The position numbers were made by a program, and so were the translations under genes. Positions 8,936-18,492 of a stretch of DNA of 64,000 bases are shown here, piece after piece. Numbering within the stretch: position 1 is the stretch's first letter; each line of letters opens with the position of its first letter. The stretch comes from Bacilli bacterium. Its GTDB lineage: Bacteria; Bacillota_I; Bacilli_A; RFN20; CAG-826. The notes below the pieces were generated by a model. It ran no database searches and was not told the DNA's origin. It was given only the letters and a program-made list of their open reading frames with translations. The stretch covers positions 16,145 through 80,144 of the forward strand of contig JAZLFJ010000028.1 in the NCBI GenBank assembly GCA_045615665.1, in the 5' to 3' direction.

Positions 8936-9871
8936 TTATTTATTGATATTTGATAATCGCCATTTCGCCATTGGGTGATTTTCGATTTTGTTAGCAATCG
9001 GCTCATCAAATAACAAGGATGGCTTATAATTACCTTTTGAGAATTCGAATAAATATTGTTTTTCGTTTTCAGGGAGCACTAATAAATCTTTTAATAGATT
9101 AGTGACGTCACTTTTTGTTTTTTCCAAATCGATTCTTTCTTCCTTTTTTAAAACTGGCCACAATTCTTTCTTTATTTTGTAATACGTAACTGAGTCAATT
9201 CTTTTAAAAGAAGAATCGTTGAGTTCAAAGACATTATTTAATGATAAGTAGAATACAACTGCTTTTCTTAACATATCTTTATCAAATAGTTTCATGTTAT
9301 TAACAAGAAAAGCAGCATCGTATAAGTCCCTTGGTTTACTTCTATCAATAAGCGCATTTATTTTCATTCCAAATAATTCTTCAATGTTTGGAGTCTTAAC
9401 AGTAACTGTTTTATCAAAATAACAAACAGTAGTCGTTTTAATCGGATACGCATGCACTCTATCTAAAAAGTTAATATCCACCTTTATCGTGTCATTATTT
9501 CCAAATGCATTTTTGAATTTATAGATTCTAGAAAATAAGATAAATGAACTTCTTGAATCGTTGGATATTTCATATTTTTCTTTAAGCATATATTTATCCA
9601 ATTCTTCTTCGAGTATCTTTCGATCACTAAAAGTGACGGCCTTTTCTAGAGAACCACAGTAATCAAGGTCGATGTCTACAGACAATCTTTTTAAATTGGT
9701 ATAGACCAAATTGATTGCGGTTCCGCCTTTCAAAATTAACTTATCTTTGAAAGAACTTTCAGAAAAAACGAAATTTAAAACATCGAGAAGTCTCACGACC
9801 TTCTCAACGTAGTTTTTAATAAAACCAGTTTCATTAGAGTATTGTTCGATTTGTTGTTTAGAATAGTTCAT
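8936..9871 (-). CDS. AbiEii/AbiGii-family nucleotidyltransferase toxin (type IV TA)
   Basis: LKGGTAIN...RLSVDIDLD NTase motif; KINALIDRSKPRDLYD motif. Confidence 0.9.
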   Translation of the reverse strand: MNYSKQQIEQYSNETGFIKNYVEKVVRLLDVLNFVFSESSFKDKLILKGGTAINLVYTNLKRLSVDIDLDYCGSLEKAVTFSDRKILEEELDKYMLKEKYEISNDSRSSFILFSRIYKFKNAFGNNDTIKVDINFLDRVHAYPIKTTTVCYFDKTVTVKTPNIEELFGMKINALIDRSKPRDLYDAAFLVNNMKLFDKDMLRKAVVFYLSLNNVFELNDSSFKRIDSVTYYKIKKELWPVLKKEERIDLEKTKSDVTNLLKDLLVLPENEKQYLFEFSKGNYKPSLLFDEPIANKIENHPMAKWRLSNINK

Positions 9872-10592
9872 TAGGTAGTTCTCTTTCTGTCGGCACCATT
9901 AATTTCCATTTTAATACTAATTTGGCAAAGCCAACGTTTGCCTCAAAGTACTGAATCCTATTACCTATTCGCGATAGGCATAACTGGTAGAAAGATTCTG
10001 GGACCCTATCCCCAAAATATTTCTCGAATAGATAACCCACCTTTTGATATAAAAATGCTTTATCGTAATATTCAAGCATCTTTATTACTTTATCTAGATA
10101 CAAATCCCGACATCCAGCTAAAGCATTTTCTATTTCTTCTAGCCCACCAGCGTAACCAGGATTGTTTATACAATCCACGATTGCGCGTTCCAAAGAAACG
10201 ACCCGTGTTCCCTCAGATTCCATTTGATCAAGTATTTCTAGATCACAATTATCCTTTTTAGATATGTAAGTTACATCTTCAAACTCCAAATCATTCACAT
10301 ACACATGTGCGAGATAGGTAAACTGCGATACGAATACTTGGGTGGCTAGTCCATAGTATTCCAAAGCTTCATGATAAGAAAAATAGGAATCATCAAATAG
10401 ATGAGACGCTATTTGGAATCGCGAAGCATAGATTCCGCCAGTTGTACGATCCACTAAAGCGTATAACCCCTTTTTAATTTTCTTAATAGTTCCATTTTCT
10501 AGCGAACGACGCAAAAAAGAATTGAAACTATCACGATTAGGATAGATATCCTTTACATCCTCATAATTGAAAAGCATAGGCAAGATTTTCAT
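9858..10592 (-). CDS. AbiEi-family antitoxin / transcriptional regulator (type IV TA)
   Basis: N-terminal wHTH (FLRRSLENGTIKKIKKGLY), SYHEALEYYGL, VVSLERAIVD; overlaps the toxin start; ATG at 10592 preferred. Confidence 0.85.
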   Translation of the reverse strand: MKILPMLFNYEDVKDIYPNRDSFNSFLRRSLENGTIKKIKKGLYALVDRTTGGIYASRFQIASHLFDDSYFSYHEALEYYGLATQVFVSQFTYLAHVYVNDLEFEDVTYISKKDNCDLEILDQMESEGTRVVSLERAIVDCINNPGYAGGLEEIENALAGCRDLYLDKVIKMLEYYDKAFLYQKVGYLFEKYFGDRVPESFYQLCLSRIGNRIQYFEANVGFAKLVLKWKLMVPTERELPNELF

Positions 10593-10771
10593 ACCATAAT
10601 TTAAGCACAAATGTTTGAAAACGACAAGTTCTACTTAATAATAGGTATAAAATAGCTATTTTGTTTTACATAAGGTTTTTGGTTTTCGACTAAATCGACA
10701 ATGCATTGCTGTTGTGGTCAAAAATTTGAGAAGGAAAAATCTCAAAATATTCCTTCCGAATTTTTGGCATC

Positions 10772-10800
10772 AAAAAAGCTTCCACAAATGTAGAAGCCTT
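10772..10800 (-). terminator. Intrinsic terminator downstream of hit
   Basis: Minus strand ggcttctac-attt-gtggaagct followed by a T-run. Confidence 0.6.
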
Positions 10801-10818
10801 TTCTTATATCTATATAAA

Positions 10819-11244
10819 TTATTTAATTTCTTTTGAAATTGTCTCTGCAATAACAGGGAGAGATAAGTCCTTTAATTCAGAAGGCTGTTTAAATTCAATC
10901 TTAAGTCCTTCTTTTACGCCATATCTAGGAATGACATGGGCATGGAAGTGAAAGACGCTTTGACCTGCTTCCTTATTGCAGTTCGAAAGGATATTGACAC
11001 CTTTCGCTCCCAACTTCATCATTTGGACTTGTCCAATCCTTTGAGCGACATCCATAACCTTATGCATTACCTCTTGAGGTGTGGAAAGGAAATTGTCGTA
11101 ATGTTTCTTAGGAATAACTAGGGCATGTCCTTTCGTGACTTGTCCAATATCTAGGAAGGCTAAAACATCATCATCTTCATAAACTTTATGAGAAGGAATC
11201 TCGCCTCTAACAATTTTACAAAAAATGCAATTTTTTTCGTTCAT
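10819..11244 (-). CDS. hit: HIT family protein (HinT-like)
   Basis: CIFCKI zinc motif, GHALVIPKKH, histidine triad FHFHAHVIPR. Confidence 0.95.
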   Translation of the reverse strand: MNEKNCIFCKIVRGEIPSHKVYEDDDVLAFLDIGQVTKGHALVIPKKHYDNFLSTPQEVMHKVMDVAQRIGQVQMMKLGAKGVNILSNCNKEAGQSVFHFHAHVIPRYGVKEGLKIEFKQPSELKDLSLPVIAETISKEIK

Positions 11245-11258
11245 AATAGACCCCTTTT

Positions 11259-11286
11259 AAACAAAGAGGAGCGACATGCGCTCCCC
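11259..11286 (-). terminator. Hairpin/weak terminator between the lipoprotein pair and hit
   Basis: Minus strand ggggagcg-catgt-cgctcctc then tttgttt. Confidence 0.55.
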
Positions 11287-11294
11287 TAGGTTAA

Positions 11295-13100
11295 TTATTC
11301 AAATAAATCAGGATAAGTTTCCTTGATGTAATCGTAGACGGATGTATCGTGATAGGTGAAGGTATAGAGCTTGAGGTAGCTAGTATAAGCATTGGTTTTG
11401 TATGTATCCTTAGTACCTAAGATCTTCGCGATATGTCTAGCGACTTCTTCACATTTGAATGGATTGCCGCTATTGACGTATGATTTAGCGTTATCAACAG
11501 ATTTAGTTAATTTAGATGTTGATGCAGCTTCTAAAATCTCAACGATGTAGAGGTTAGAACCATCTTCATCTTCGATAATGAAGTTATAATCGACGTCTTT
11601 AGCAGCCGCTGGAGTCAAATATTTGTGACCTTTGAGTTCATTGAAGTAACTCTTTTCACGGTCATAGCTCCAGTCTTCTCTATCAAAATCGTTAGCGACT
11701 TTGATGTTAAATAATCTAGACTTGACTGTTTCAGGAAGTTTTTCAAGTGGGTTAGCGGTATCGTTTTTAACGAACCAACCTTCATCTGAATATTTCTCTA
11801 AAGCGAGTTCGGTAATCTTTTTGATTAAACCTCTTTCTTTAGATTGTTTACCTGAATCGGTGAAGTTTTGATATTGGGTGTTATCTTCATCGGATGCGAA
11901 ACGTGTTGCGCCACCGACGACAGCCTTTTCATAATTCTTTAAGATTTCACCAAGTTTGGTGTTTTCATAGAATTTGAATGAGGTTGGATCAATTCCGTAT
12001 GTGCTTAAAGTATCGAATAATGTTGAGCCATCAAAAGATGGATCCTTATCACATTTAGCCTTTAGCAAACGTGGTTCACCATAAATTTTAGTGAGTTCAG
12101 CTGTTGGTGATAACGGTTCAATGGTTGGATTGCTACCAACTAATGAAACGCCTTTAAATCCTTTGAACCAGGAAACTAAGTCATCAAAGCTGACTGCAGT
12201 TTCTGCATCGATGGTATTAAGTTCTTGTTCAGCGAATAAGTGGACTAAACGATAAGCGGTGTTGCTATCATCGCCTAAGGATGAAACTTTAACATAGTTA
12301 ATTTTACGTCCATAAGCACGTCCAAGTGCGCTGTAATTGTTATCGATGATATATTCTTCGATTAATTTATCACGGTAGACATCTGGAATGATCTTTTTGG
12401 TGATGTAATCGCCATAAGTATCATCGAATTCATTGAAATAAGAACGAACATTCTTTTCAGTGAAGGTTGAGGTGATAAATTTCTCAGCAAAGCTGTATCC
12501 CTCTTCGACTTTACCGTCTTCGGTGAAGTGTTTGATATCGAAGTTAGCTTCGCGTTTAGCACGAGCATACTTTTCTTCAACGAATTTAGTTTTGTCTAAC
12601 GAATCACGATAATTTTCAGTATCGCCATTGATTTCGTCATAGACGACCTTGTCGATACGTTCATTTAAATCTTCAAAGAAGAGTTTGAATCTCTCCATTC
12701 TGATTTGATCGGCATTCATGCCTTTTGATTCATAATTACCATCATCATCTTCCATGAATTCATGACCGTATTTTGCGATGTGGGCTTTGGCCTTTTCTTC
12801 GATAACATTGCCTTCGCTATCGAAACATTCTTTAAGTTCGGCATAAGTACCGAATTCTTTTTCAGCAATTTTTTCTAGTAATGTAGAGACAACCGCTTCG
12901 TTTTTGTTATCGATGAGTTGTTCGTAGAGATCACCATATTTGTTTTCTTCATCATTAAAAGCATTGCCATCTTTATAGACGATTGGGTTTTGATAATTTT
13001 GAGGAATTGCTTCAACGTTATCGCACGCGGCGAGTATAAACGCGGAGGAAAGTGCGAATATACCAGTAAGCAAAACTTTCTTAGCTGTGTTTCTTGCCAT
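11295..13100 (-). CDS. Large lipoprotein, degenerate PrsA/parvulin-like paralogue
   Basis: Lipobox FILAAC; AGGAGG upstream of ATG 13100; N-domain KYGDLYEQLIDNKNEAVVSTLLEKIAEKEF resembles PrsA; parvulin-like strands lack the His residues. Confidence 0.55.
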   Translation of the reverse strand: MARNTAKKVLLTGIFALSSAFILAACDNVEAIPQNYQNPIVYKDGNAFNDEENKYGDLYEQLIDNKNEAVVSTLLEKIAEKEFGTYAELKECFDSEGNVIEEKAKAHIAKYGHEFMEDDDGNYESKGMNADQIRMERFKLFFEDLNERIDKVVYDEINGDTENYRDSLDKTKFVEEKYARAKREANFDIKHFTEDGKVEEGYSFAEKFITSTFTEKNVRSYFNEFDDTYGDYITKKIIPDVYRDKLIEEYIIDNNYSALGRAYGRKINYVKVSSLGDDSNTAYRLVHLFAEQELNTIDAETAVSFDDLVSWFKGFKGVSLVGSNPTIEPLSPTAELTKIYGEPRLLKAKCDKDPSFDGSTLFDTLSTYGIDPTSFKFYENTKLGEILKNYEKAVVGGATRFASDEDNTQYQNFTDSGKQSKERGLIKKITELALEKYSDEGWFVKNDTANPLEKLPETVKSRLFNIKVANDFDREDWSYDREKSYFNELKGHKYLTPAAAKDVDYNFIIEDEDGSNLYIVEILEAASTSKLTKSVDNAKSYVNSGNPFKCEEVARHIAKILGTKDTYKTNAYTSYLKLYTFTYHDTSVYDYIKETYPDLFE

Positions 13101-15072
13101 TGTTGCAAACACCTCCTATTGAATCCCATGCAGCCTTGTTGCTTGGATCTTCTGGGTTATCACCAGTAGCGTGATTAGAGAAGTAAATACCACATCCTTT
13201 AGCAACTGCTTTTTTGGATTGGATGCTAGTCGCTTCCGATAAGTTTTCGACATATAACTTCCAGTTATTTTCCCATTTGGTTTGGCTGTTATAATCTTTG
13301 TTTTGTTCGGAGCGGGCCATCCATTTATTTAAACCAGCCGAAATCTTTTCATCTTTGATTTCGAGTCTGCCAGCTTTTAGATATTTTCTAAAGACAAAGT
13401 GTTCAAGACCATCAGAGTTGAATCCTTTAATAGCGGTTAAAACATCTTTTGCTCTAGTTTGATATGTACCTGAGTCATTGGAGAAATTAACATAGTTAAC
13501 TTTGACATCAGTTGGATAATCGGTTTCACCAGGGAAGTGAGTTGTATAGTATTTCTCTAAAGTTGCAACAGTTTTATCTGCTTCAACTTCAGCTACATTT
13601 CTAAACTCGAATGGTGAACGATTAACGACAATGAAGTGGATACCTTGATAGCCACCTTCACCAGCAGAACCACCTCTAACAACTAAGATTGGACGATAAG
13701 CAATAGTGTTATCACCTAATCTAACTGTTGTAGCAAGGTATTCACCTTCAAAGGTAACGCCATCGGCAGCACTAAAGGTATGGAAACCAGTTCCTTCCTT
13801 CTTGCTACCATCAGTATTTAACTCGTCTAGATTGTTATAAATTTCGATTTTATCATCGGTGATGAAATCATAGTAACTATCATCGCCACTGATAGTTTTA
13901 CCAGCCGCAAATGGTGAAACTAAAGCGAATGAATGTCTATTCAAGTAGTGGTTAAAGAAGATATTTCTTGGGAAATATTTTTCTTCGCCATCATTAACTT
14001 GTTGATCCATAGCGCCAGTTTCTCTTTCGGCGTTGGATTTTAAGATTTCAAATGCACCGAATGGAATAACTGAGAAGCCTTCAGAAGATAAAGTGTTAGC
14101 CTTATTAGCGCCAACGTAAACATCATCATTTGATAAGTGGTTAACCTTTTCGTAGGCTTCTTTTGTTTCGGCGTAAGTTTCTTCGCTATCAATTCTGATA
14201 TTTGATGCTTGAGCTCTATCGGTTCTACCATAGAAGTTCTCAAATGCATACAATGCATATTTGAATTCATTGATGTAGGTATCTGTCTTATCCATATCGA
14301 CGAGACCTAAGTCGCCATCCTTGGTATCATCAGATAATTGGGCAGCACCCGAGAACGAACCACGATAGTTATTCGCGAGAGCGTCTGCGACTGAGAACAA
14401 TTTGTTAGCATTGGCTTTCGAAATTGTTGCATCAGCGTAGTTTGTGGAACCAGAGTCATCAATTTTCACTAAAATGTGTGAAACATGATATGGAACTTTG
14501 CTTTCGAAGTATCCGGTGAATGGATTATCTTCATGTTGATCAGTACCAGCGGTTCCGCTTTTTAAGATTGATAAGTTTTCTTCGAGTGAATCGAAGTTGC
14601 TGTCGAATCTTTCTTTTTCATACGTATACAAATAGTATTCGTAGAGTTCATCTTCATCTTTACAATTCTTTTCGTTTAAGATTTTGGAGAATTCTTCGTC
14701 GTATGATGTGCCGTTCTTTTCACGATTCTTTTCAGCAGTTTCTTTATCACCAGTAACTGCTTGTTCAGCTTTTTTCTTTAAACCGGCGAGTTGTGCTTTA
14801 CCATATGATCCATTGACGCCTTCTTCGACTTCAATGAAGTAGTTTTTAACAACTAATTTGTAAATGGTTTTGAAGACTGTATCCCACTTGGTCGATTCGT
14901 CTAACTGATCATAGAACAAATCTTCAGCGGTATATTCTTCTTTGACACCGTCTTTGCCAGTATAGGTTAATATGACGCCTTTTTCATCATAGGACACAGG
15001 ACTACAAGCCGCTAGTGATCCACCAGCAAGTAAGCTGGTCATGAGAACAAGAGCAATTTTGGATTTTTTCAT
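13081..15072 (-). CDS. Large lipoprotein with PrsA-like parvulin (PpiC) PPIase motifs
   Basis: Lipobox GSLAAC; AGGAGG upstream; VSHILVK, F..AAQLSDD..DGDLG, YINEFKYAL and GYQGIHFIV motifs. Confidence 0.7.
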   Translation of the reverse strand: MKKSKIALVLMTSLLAGGSLAACSPVSYDEKGVILTYTGKDGVKEEYTAEDLFYDQLDESTKWDTVFKTIYKLVVKNYFIEVEEGVNGSYGKAQLAGLKKKAEQAVTGDKETAEKNREKNGTSYDEEFSKILNEKNCKDEDELYEYYLYTYEKERFDSNFDSLEENLSILKSGTAGTDQHEDNPFTGYFESKVPYHVSHILVKIDDSGSTNYADATISKANANKLFSVADALANNYRGSFSGAAQLSDDTKDGDLGLVDMDKTDTYINEFKYALYAFENFYGRTDRAQASNIRIDSEETYAETKEAYEKVNHLSNDDVYVGANKANTLSSEGFSVIPFGAFEILKSNAERETGAMDQQVNDGEEKYFPRNIFFNHYLNRHSFALVSPFAAGKTISGDDSYYDFITDDKIEIYNNLDELNTDGSKKEGTGFHTFSAADGVTFEGEYLATTVRLGDNTIAYRPILVVRGGSAGEGGYQGIHFIVVNRSPFEFRNVAEVEADKTVATLEKYYTTHFPGETDYPTDVKVNYVNFSNDSGTYQTRAKDVLTAIKGFNSDGLEHFVFRKYLKAGRLEIKDEKISAGLNKWMARSEQNKDYNSQTKWENNWKLYVENLSEATSIQSKKAVAKGCGIYFSNHATGDNPEDPSNKAAWDSIGGVCNNGKKHS

Positions 15073-15250
15073 ATTCCCTATTTTCCTCCTTTTCAAATAT
15101 AGTGAGTATATCTTATAACTTTACTTGTATAAATACAACAAACATTTTCATCGAATACTAATAGATTAATCTATTGCATAGGATCAAAACTGGTGAATTA
15201 GGAAAATACTTCAAAAACATAGTTTTTGTTAATATTTTTTACAATATGAT

Positions 15251-15279
15251 TTTACTTTAGCGTTTTTATCACATACAAT
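15251..15279 (+). promoter_or_regulatory. Putative sigmaA promoter of the suf operon
   Basis: tttact-17 nt-tacaat, followed by AGGAGG and the sufC ATG. Confidence 0.55.
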
Positions 15280-15307
15280 AGTTGCACTTCGCTAGGAGGT
15301 AACTCAT

Positions 15308-16123
15308 ATGTCAAAACTGAAAATAAATGATCTGCATGTCGCAGTAAAAGGAAAAGAAATCCTTAAAGGATTAACTATCGAATTTTCCACTGATGAAACC
15401 GTTGCTTTACTTGGTCCAAACGGCAATGGAAAATCTACTCTTTTACAGACAATTATGGGTAACCCAAATTATGAAGTTATAAGCGGATCAATTTATTATG
15501 ATGATAAAGACGTATTAAAGTTAACGACTGACGAACGTTCTAAACTTGGAATTTTCCTTGGAATGCAATATCCAAGTGAAGTTCCTGGTGTTAATAATTC
15601 TGATTTTCTTAAAGCCGCTTTAAATGCACATCGAGAAAAACCAGTATCGTTATTTGAATTTTATAAGCTTTTAAATAACGCGTACCAAGAAATGCATATT
15701 CCTTTTGAGATGTCCGCTCGTAATCTAAACGAAGGCTTCTCTGGAGGCGAAAAGAAGAAAAACGAAATTCTTCAAATGCTCGTTCTCAACCCCGATTTAG
15801 TTATGCTTGATGAAATTGATTCGGGATTAGATGTCGATGCGATTCAAGTCGTTGCTTCAACAATTAAGAAAGAGCAAGCCAATAGAGGTTTCCTCATAGT
15901 AAGCCACTATGCCAAACTATATGAGCTTATTAATATTGATAAAGTATATGTGCTTGTAAACGGTAAAGTCGCTAAGACTGGCGATAAATCATTAATTAAG
16001 AAGATAGACCAAGAAGGTTATGAATGGTTAAAAGACGAAGGAATCGAATTCCCAAATGAAGAGAAAATGAACACTACTTCAATTGGAACTTGTGCGACGA
16101 AAGAAGTTTTGAAAGGTAAATAA
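15308..16123 (+). CDS. sufC: Fe-S cluster assembly ATPase SufC
   Basis: GPNGNGKST, FLGMQYPSEVPG, NEGFSGGEKKKNEILQ, LDEIDSGLDVDA. Confidence 0.95.
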   Translation: MSKLKINDLHVAVKGKEILKGLTIEFSTDETVALLGPNGNGKSTLLQTIMGNPNYEVISGSIYYDDKDVLKLTTDERSKLGIFLGMQYPSEVPGVNNSDFLKAALNAHREKPVSLFEFYKLLNNAYQEMHIPFEMSARNLNEGFSGGEKKKNEILQMLVLNPDLVMLDEIDSGLDVDAIQVVASTIKKEQANRGFLIVSHYAKLYELINIDKVYVLVNGKVAKTGDKSLIKKIDQEGYEWLKDEGIEFPNEEKMNTTSIGTCATKEVLKGK

Positions 16124-16830
16124 TGAGCGAGCAAAAAATCATTGTTAATAATAAAGAAAATAAGGTTATTGAATTAACCGATTTTTGTGATTTGGATATT
16201 GAAGTTTTAGATGGCTCAAATCTAACTTTAAAACTTGCAAATTTCTCAAAAAACGAAAAGATGAAATTTACTGCAAATGTTGGAAAAGATTCGACTCTTG
16301 CAGTGATTTTTGCAGATTTTGCTCAATCTAATATTGCTTTTAAAAGTCAGGTAAATTTAATTGAAAAAGGCGCGAATTGCACTTGGCATTTAGCCACTCT
16401 TTCTAACGCTAAATTTGAGAAGAAATTTGATGTCTCTTTTATTCATGAAGTTGGTGAGACAACTGCTTTAATGGATAATTATGGCGTCGCTAAAGATGAA
16501 TCAAATATCGTTTTCTCTGGTGTGAACTTTATTAAGAATGGTTCTAAGAAATCAAACACCAAACAAAACGCGAAGATAATTGTCTTTGATAAAGAAGCTA
16601 AAGGAACAGCCTCACCTATTTTAAAAATTGATGAAAATGATGTTCAAGCTTCCCATGGAGCGGTCGTTGGTCAACTTAATTCGGACCACATGTTTTATCT
16701 TATGTCGCGCGGATTAAATAAAGAAGAAGCAAAAATGATTATTACTCTTGGTTATCTAAAACCAATTTCCAATAAATTTTCTGAAGATATTCAATCAAAA
16801 ATTGAAAATGTAATTAAGGAGGCTATGTAA
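16123..16830 (+). CDS. sufD: SufD (short form, beta-helix/C-terminal part only)
   Basis: SPILKIDENDVQASHGAVVGQL...FYLMSRGL; position between sufC and sufS. Confidence 0.85.
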   Translation: MSEQKIIVNNKENKVIELTDFCDLDIEVLDGSNLTLKLANFSKNEKMKFTANVGKDSTLAVIFADFAQSNIAFKSQVNLIEKGANCTWHLATLSNAKFEKKFDVSFIHEVGETTALMDNYGVAKDESNIVFSGVNFIKNGSKKSNTKQNAKIIVFDKEAKGTASPILKIDENDVQASHGAVVGQLNSDHMFYLMSRGLNKEEAKMIITLGYLKPISNKFSEDIQSKIENVIKEAM

Positions 16831-18062
16831 TGTTAGATCCTTACAAGATTAGAAAAGATTTCCCAATGTTTCAAAATCACATTAAGATGCAGGGCAAAGA
16901 TCTAGTGTTTCTTGATAACGCTTCGACTACTTTTAAACCATACCCAGTTTTAAAAGCTATCGAAGATTATTATTCTTTTTACACTTCAAACCATCATCGT
17001 GGCGATTATGATCTTTGTTATAACGTCGATGTCAAAATTAAAGAAACTAGACAATTAGTCGCAAAATTTATAAACGCTGATGTTAATGAATGCGTCTTTA
17101 CAACGGGTACAACCCAGTCAATAAATATTATTGCCAATGGTTATGCGTTAAAGAATTTATCAAAAGACGATGAGATTTTAATTTCAATCGAAGAACATGC
17201 TTCAAATGCACTTCCTTGGTTTGAAGTCGCTAAAGCTATCGGCTGCAAAATTAAATATATTGAATTAAATAAAGAAGGAAGAATTACTTCTGAGAATGTT
17301 AAGAAAGCAATTAGTAAAAGAACCAAAATCGTTGCAATTGCTCAAGTTAGTAATGTTTTAGGTTATTTAGTTGATATTAAAGAAATCGCGAGAATTGCAC
17401 ATGAAAATGGTGCTATTTTAGCCTGCGATGGCGCTCAAAGCGTCCCACATCGAAAAACCGATGTTAAAGATTTGGATGTTGATTTCCTATCGTTCTCTGC
17501 TCACAAAATGTGTGGTCCAACTGGAGTCGGAGTGCTTTATATAAGAAAAGAATTATTTGATAAAGTTTCACCAGTCTTTGCGGGAGGCGGTAACAACGTC
17601 ACCTTTAAACCAGAACACGAAGTAACTTACTATTCAACTCCAGCAAAATTAGAAGCAGGAACGCTAAATATTGAAGGCATAATTGGCTTCAAAGCAGCCC
17701 TTGAATATCTAATGAAAATTGGAATGGAAAATATTGAACAATACGAGCAAAATCTTCGCAAATACGCGATAAAACGTATCAAAGAAGTAAAAGATTTGAT
17801 TATTTTTAACGAAGGTGCAGAAGAAGGAATTATTACCTTTAATATGAAAGGAATTTTTGCTCAAGATTTTGGAACTTATCTCAATTCAAAAGGTATTGCG
17901 GTTAGAACAGGGCAGCACTGCGCTAAAATGCTTCCGCTTTTCTTAAATACTCCTGCAACTGTTAGAGTTTCACTATACTTCTATAACACAAAAGAAGATA
18001 TTGATATATTTATTGAAAATTTAAAGAATGGAGGAAATTTCTTAGATGCCTATTTCGCTTAG
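16830..18062 (+). CDS. sufS: Cysteine desulfurase SufS
   Basis: LDNASTT, DGAQSVPH, FSAHKMCGPTG, VRTGQHCA. Confidence 0.95.
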   Translation: MLDPYKIRKDFPMFQNHIKMQGKDLVFLDNASTTFKPYPVLKAIEDYYSFYTSNHHRGDYDLCYNVDVKIKETRQLVAKFINADVNECVFTTGTTQSINIIANGYALKNLSKDDEILISIEEHASNALPWFEVAKAIGCKIKYIELNKEGRITSENVKKAISKRTKIVAIAQVSNVLGYLVDIKEIARIAHENGAILACDGAQSVPHRKTDVKDLDVDFLSFSAHKMCGPTGVGVLYIRKELFDKVSPVFAGGGNNVTFKPEHEVTYYSTPAKLEAGTLNIEGIIGFKAALEYLMKIGMENIEQYEQNLRKYAIKRIKEVKDLIIFNEGAEEGIITFNMKGIFAQDFGTYLNSKGIAVRTGQHCAKMLPLFLNTPATVRVSLYFYNTKEDIDIFIENLKNGGNFLDAYFA

Positions 18063-18492
18063 TCCCCAAATGATGAGACAAATCATCATGGATCATTATG
18101 AAAATCCTCAATATAAGAAAACTCCTGAGGATGCTTCTAAATATGAGCAACTTCACATGTTTTCTGATAACTGCATTGATGACATCATCGTTTATGCTTT
18201 GGTCAAAGATAACAAAATTGTTGAATGTTGTTGGAGCGGTGTCGCTTGTACGATATCAACTGCTTCAACTGATATTATGTGTAGCCTAGTTATTGGCAAA
18301 GACTTTGATGAAGCTAAATATATCATCGATCAATATAACCACATGATTAAAGAAGAAAGTTACGATGAATCAGTTCTTGATGAAGCCATCGTATTCATGA
18401 ATACATCCAAGCAAGCTGCTCGCATCAAATGTGCGACAATTGGTTGGGACGCATTAGAAGAAATTATCCATAATCATCACCATGAAAAATAA
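18046..18492 (+). CDS. sufU: SufU (Fe-S scaffold/sulfur acceptor)
   Basis: [28 protein letters not shown]. Confidence 0.9.
   Translation: MPISLSPQMMRQIIMDHYENPQYKKTPEDASKYEQLHMFSDNCIDDIIVYALVKDNKIVECCWSGVACTISTASTDIMCSLVIGKDFDEAKYIIDQYNHMIKEESYDESVLDEAIVFMNTSKQAARIKCATIGWDALEEIIHNHHHEK

Noticed and set aside
8873-10818. AbiE region as an IS element or prophage remnant
   Set aside because: No transposase, integrase, terminal inverted repeat pair or target-site duplication could be identified
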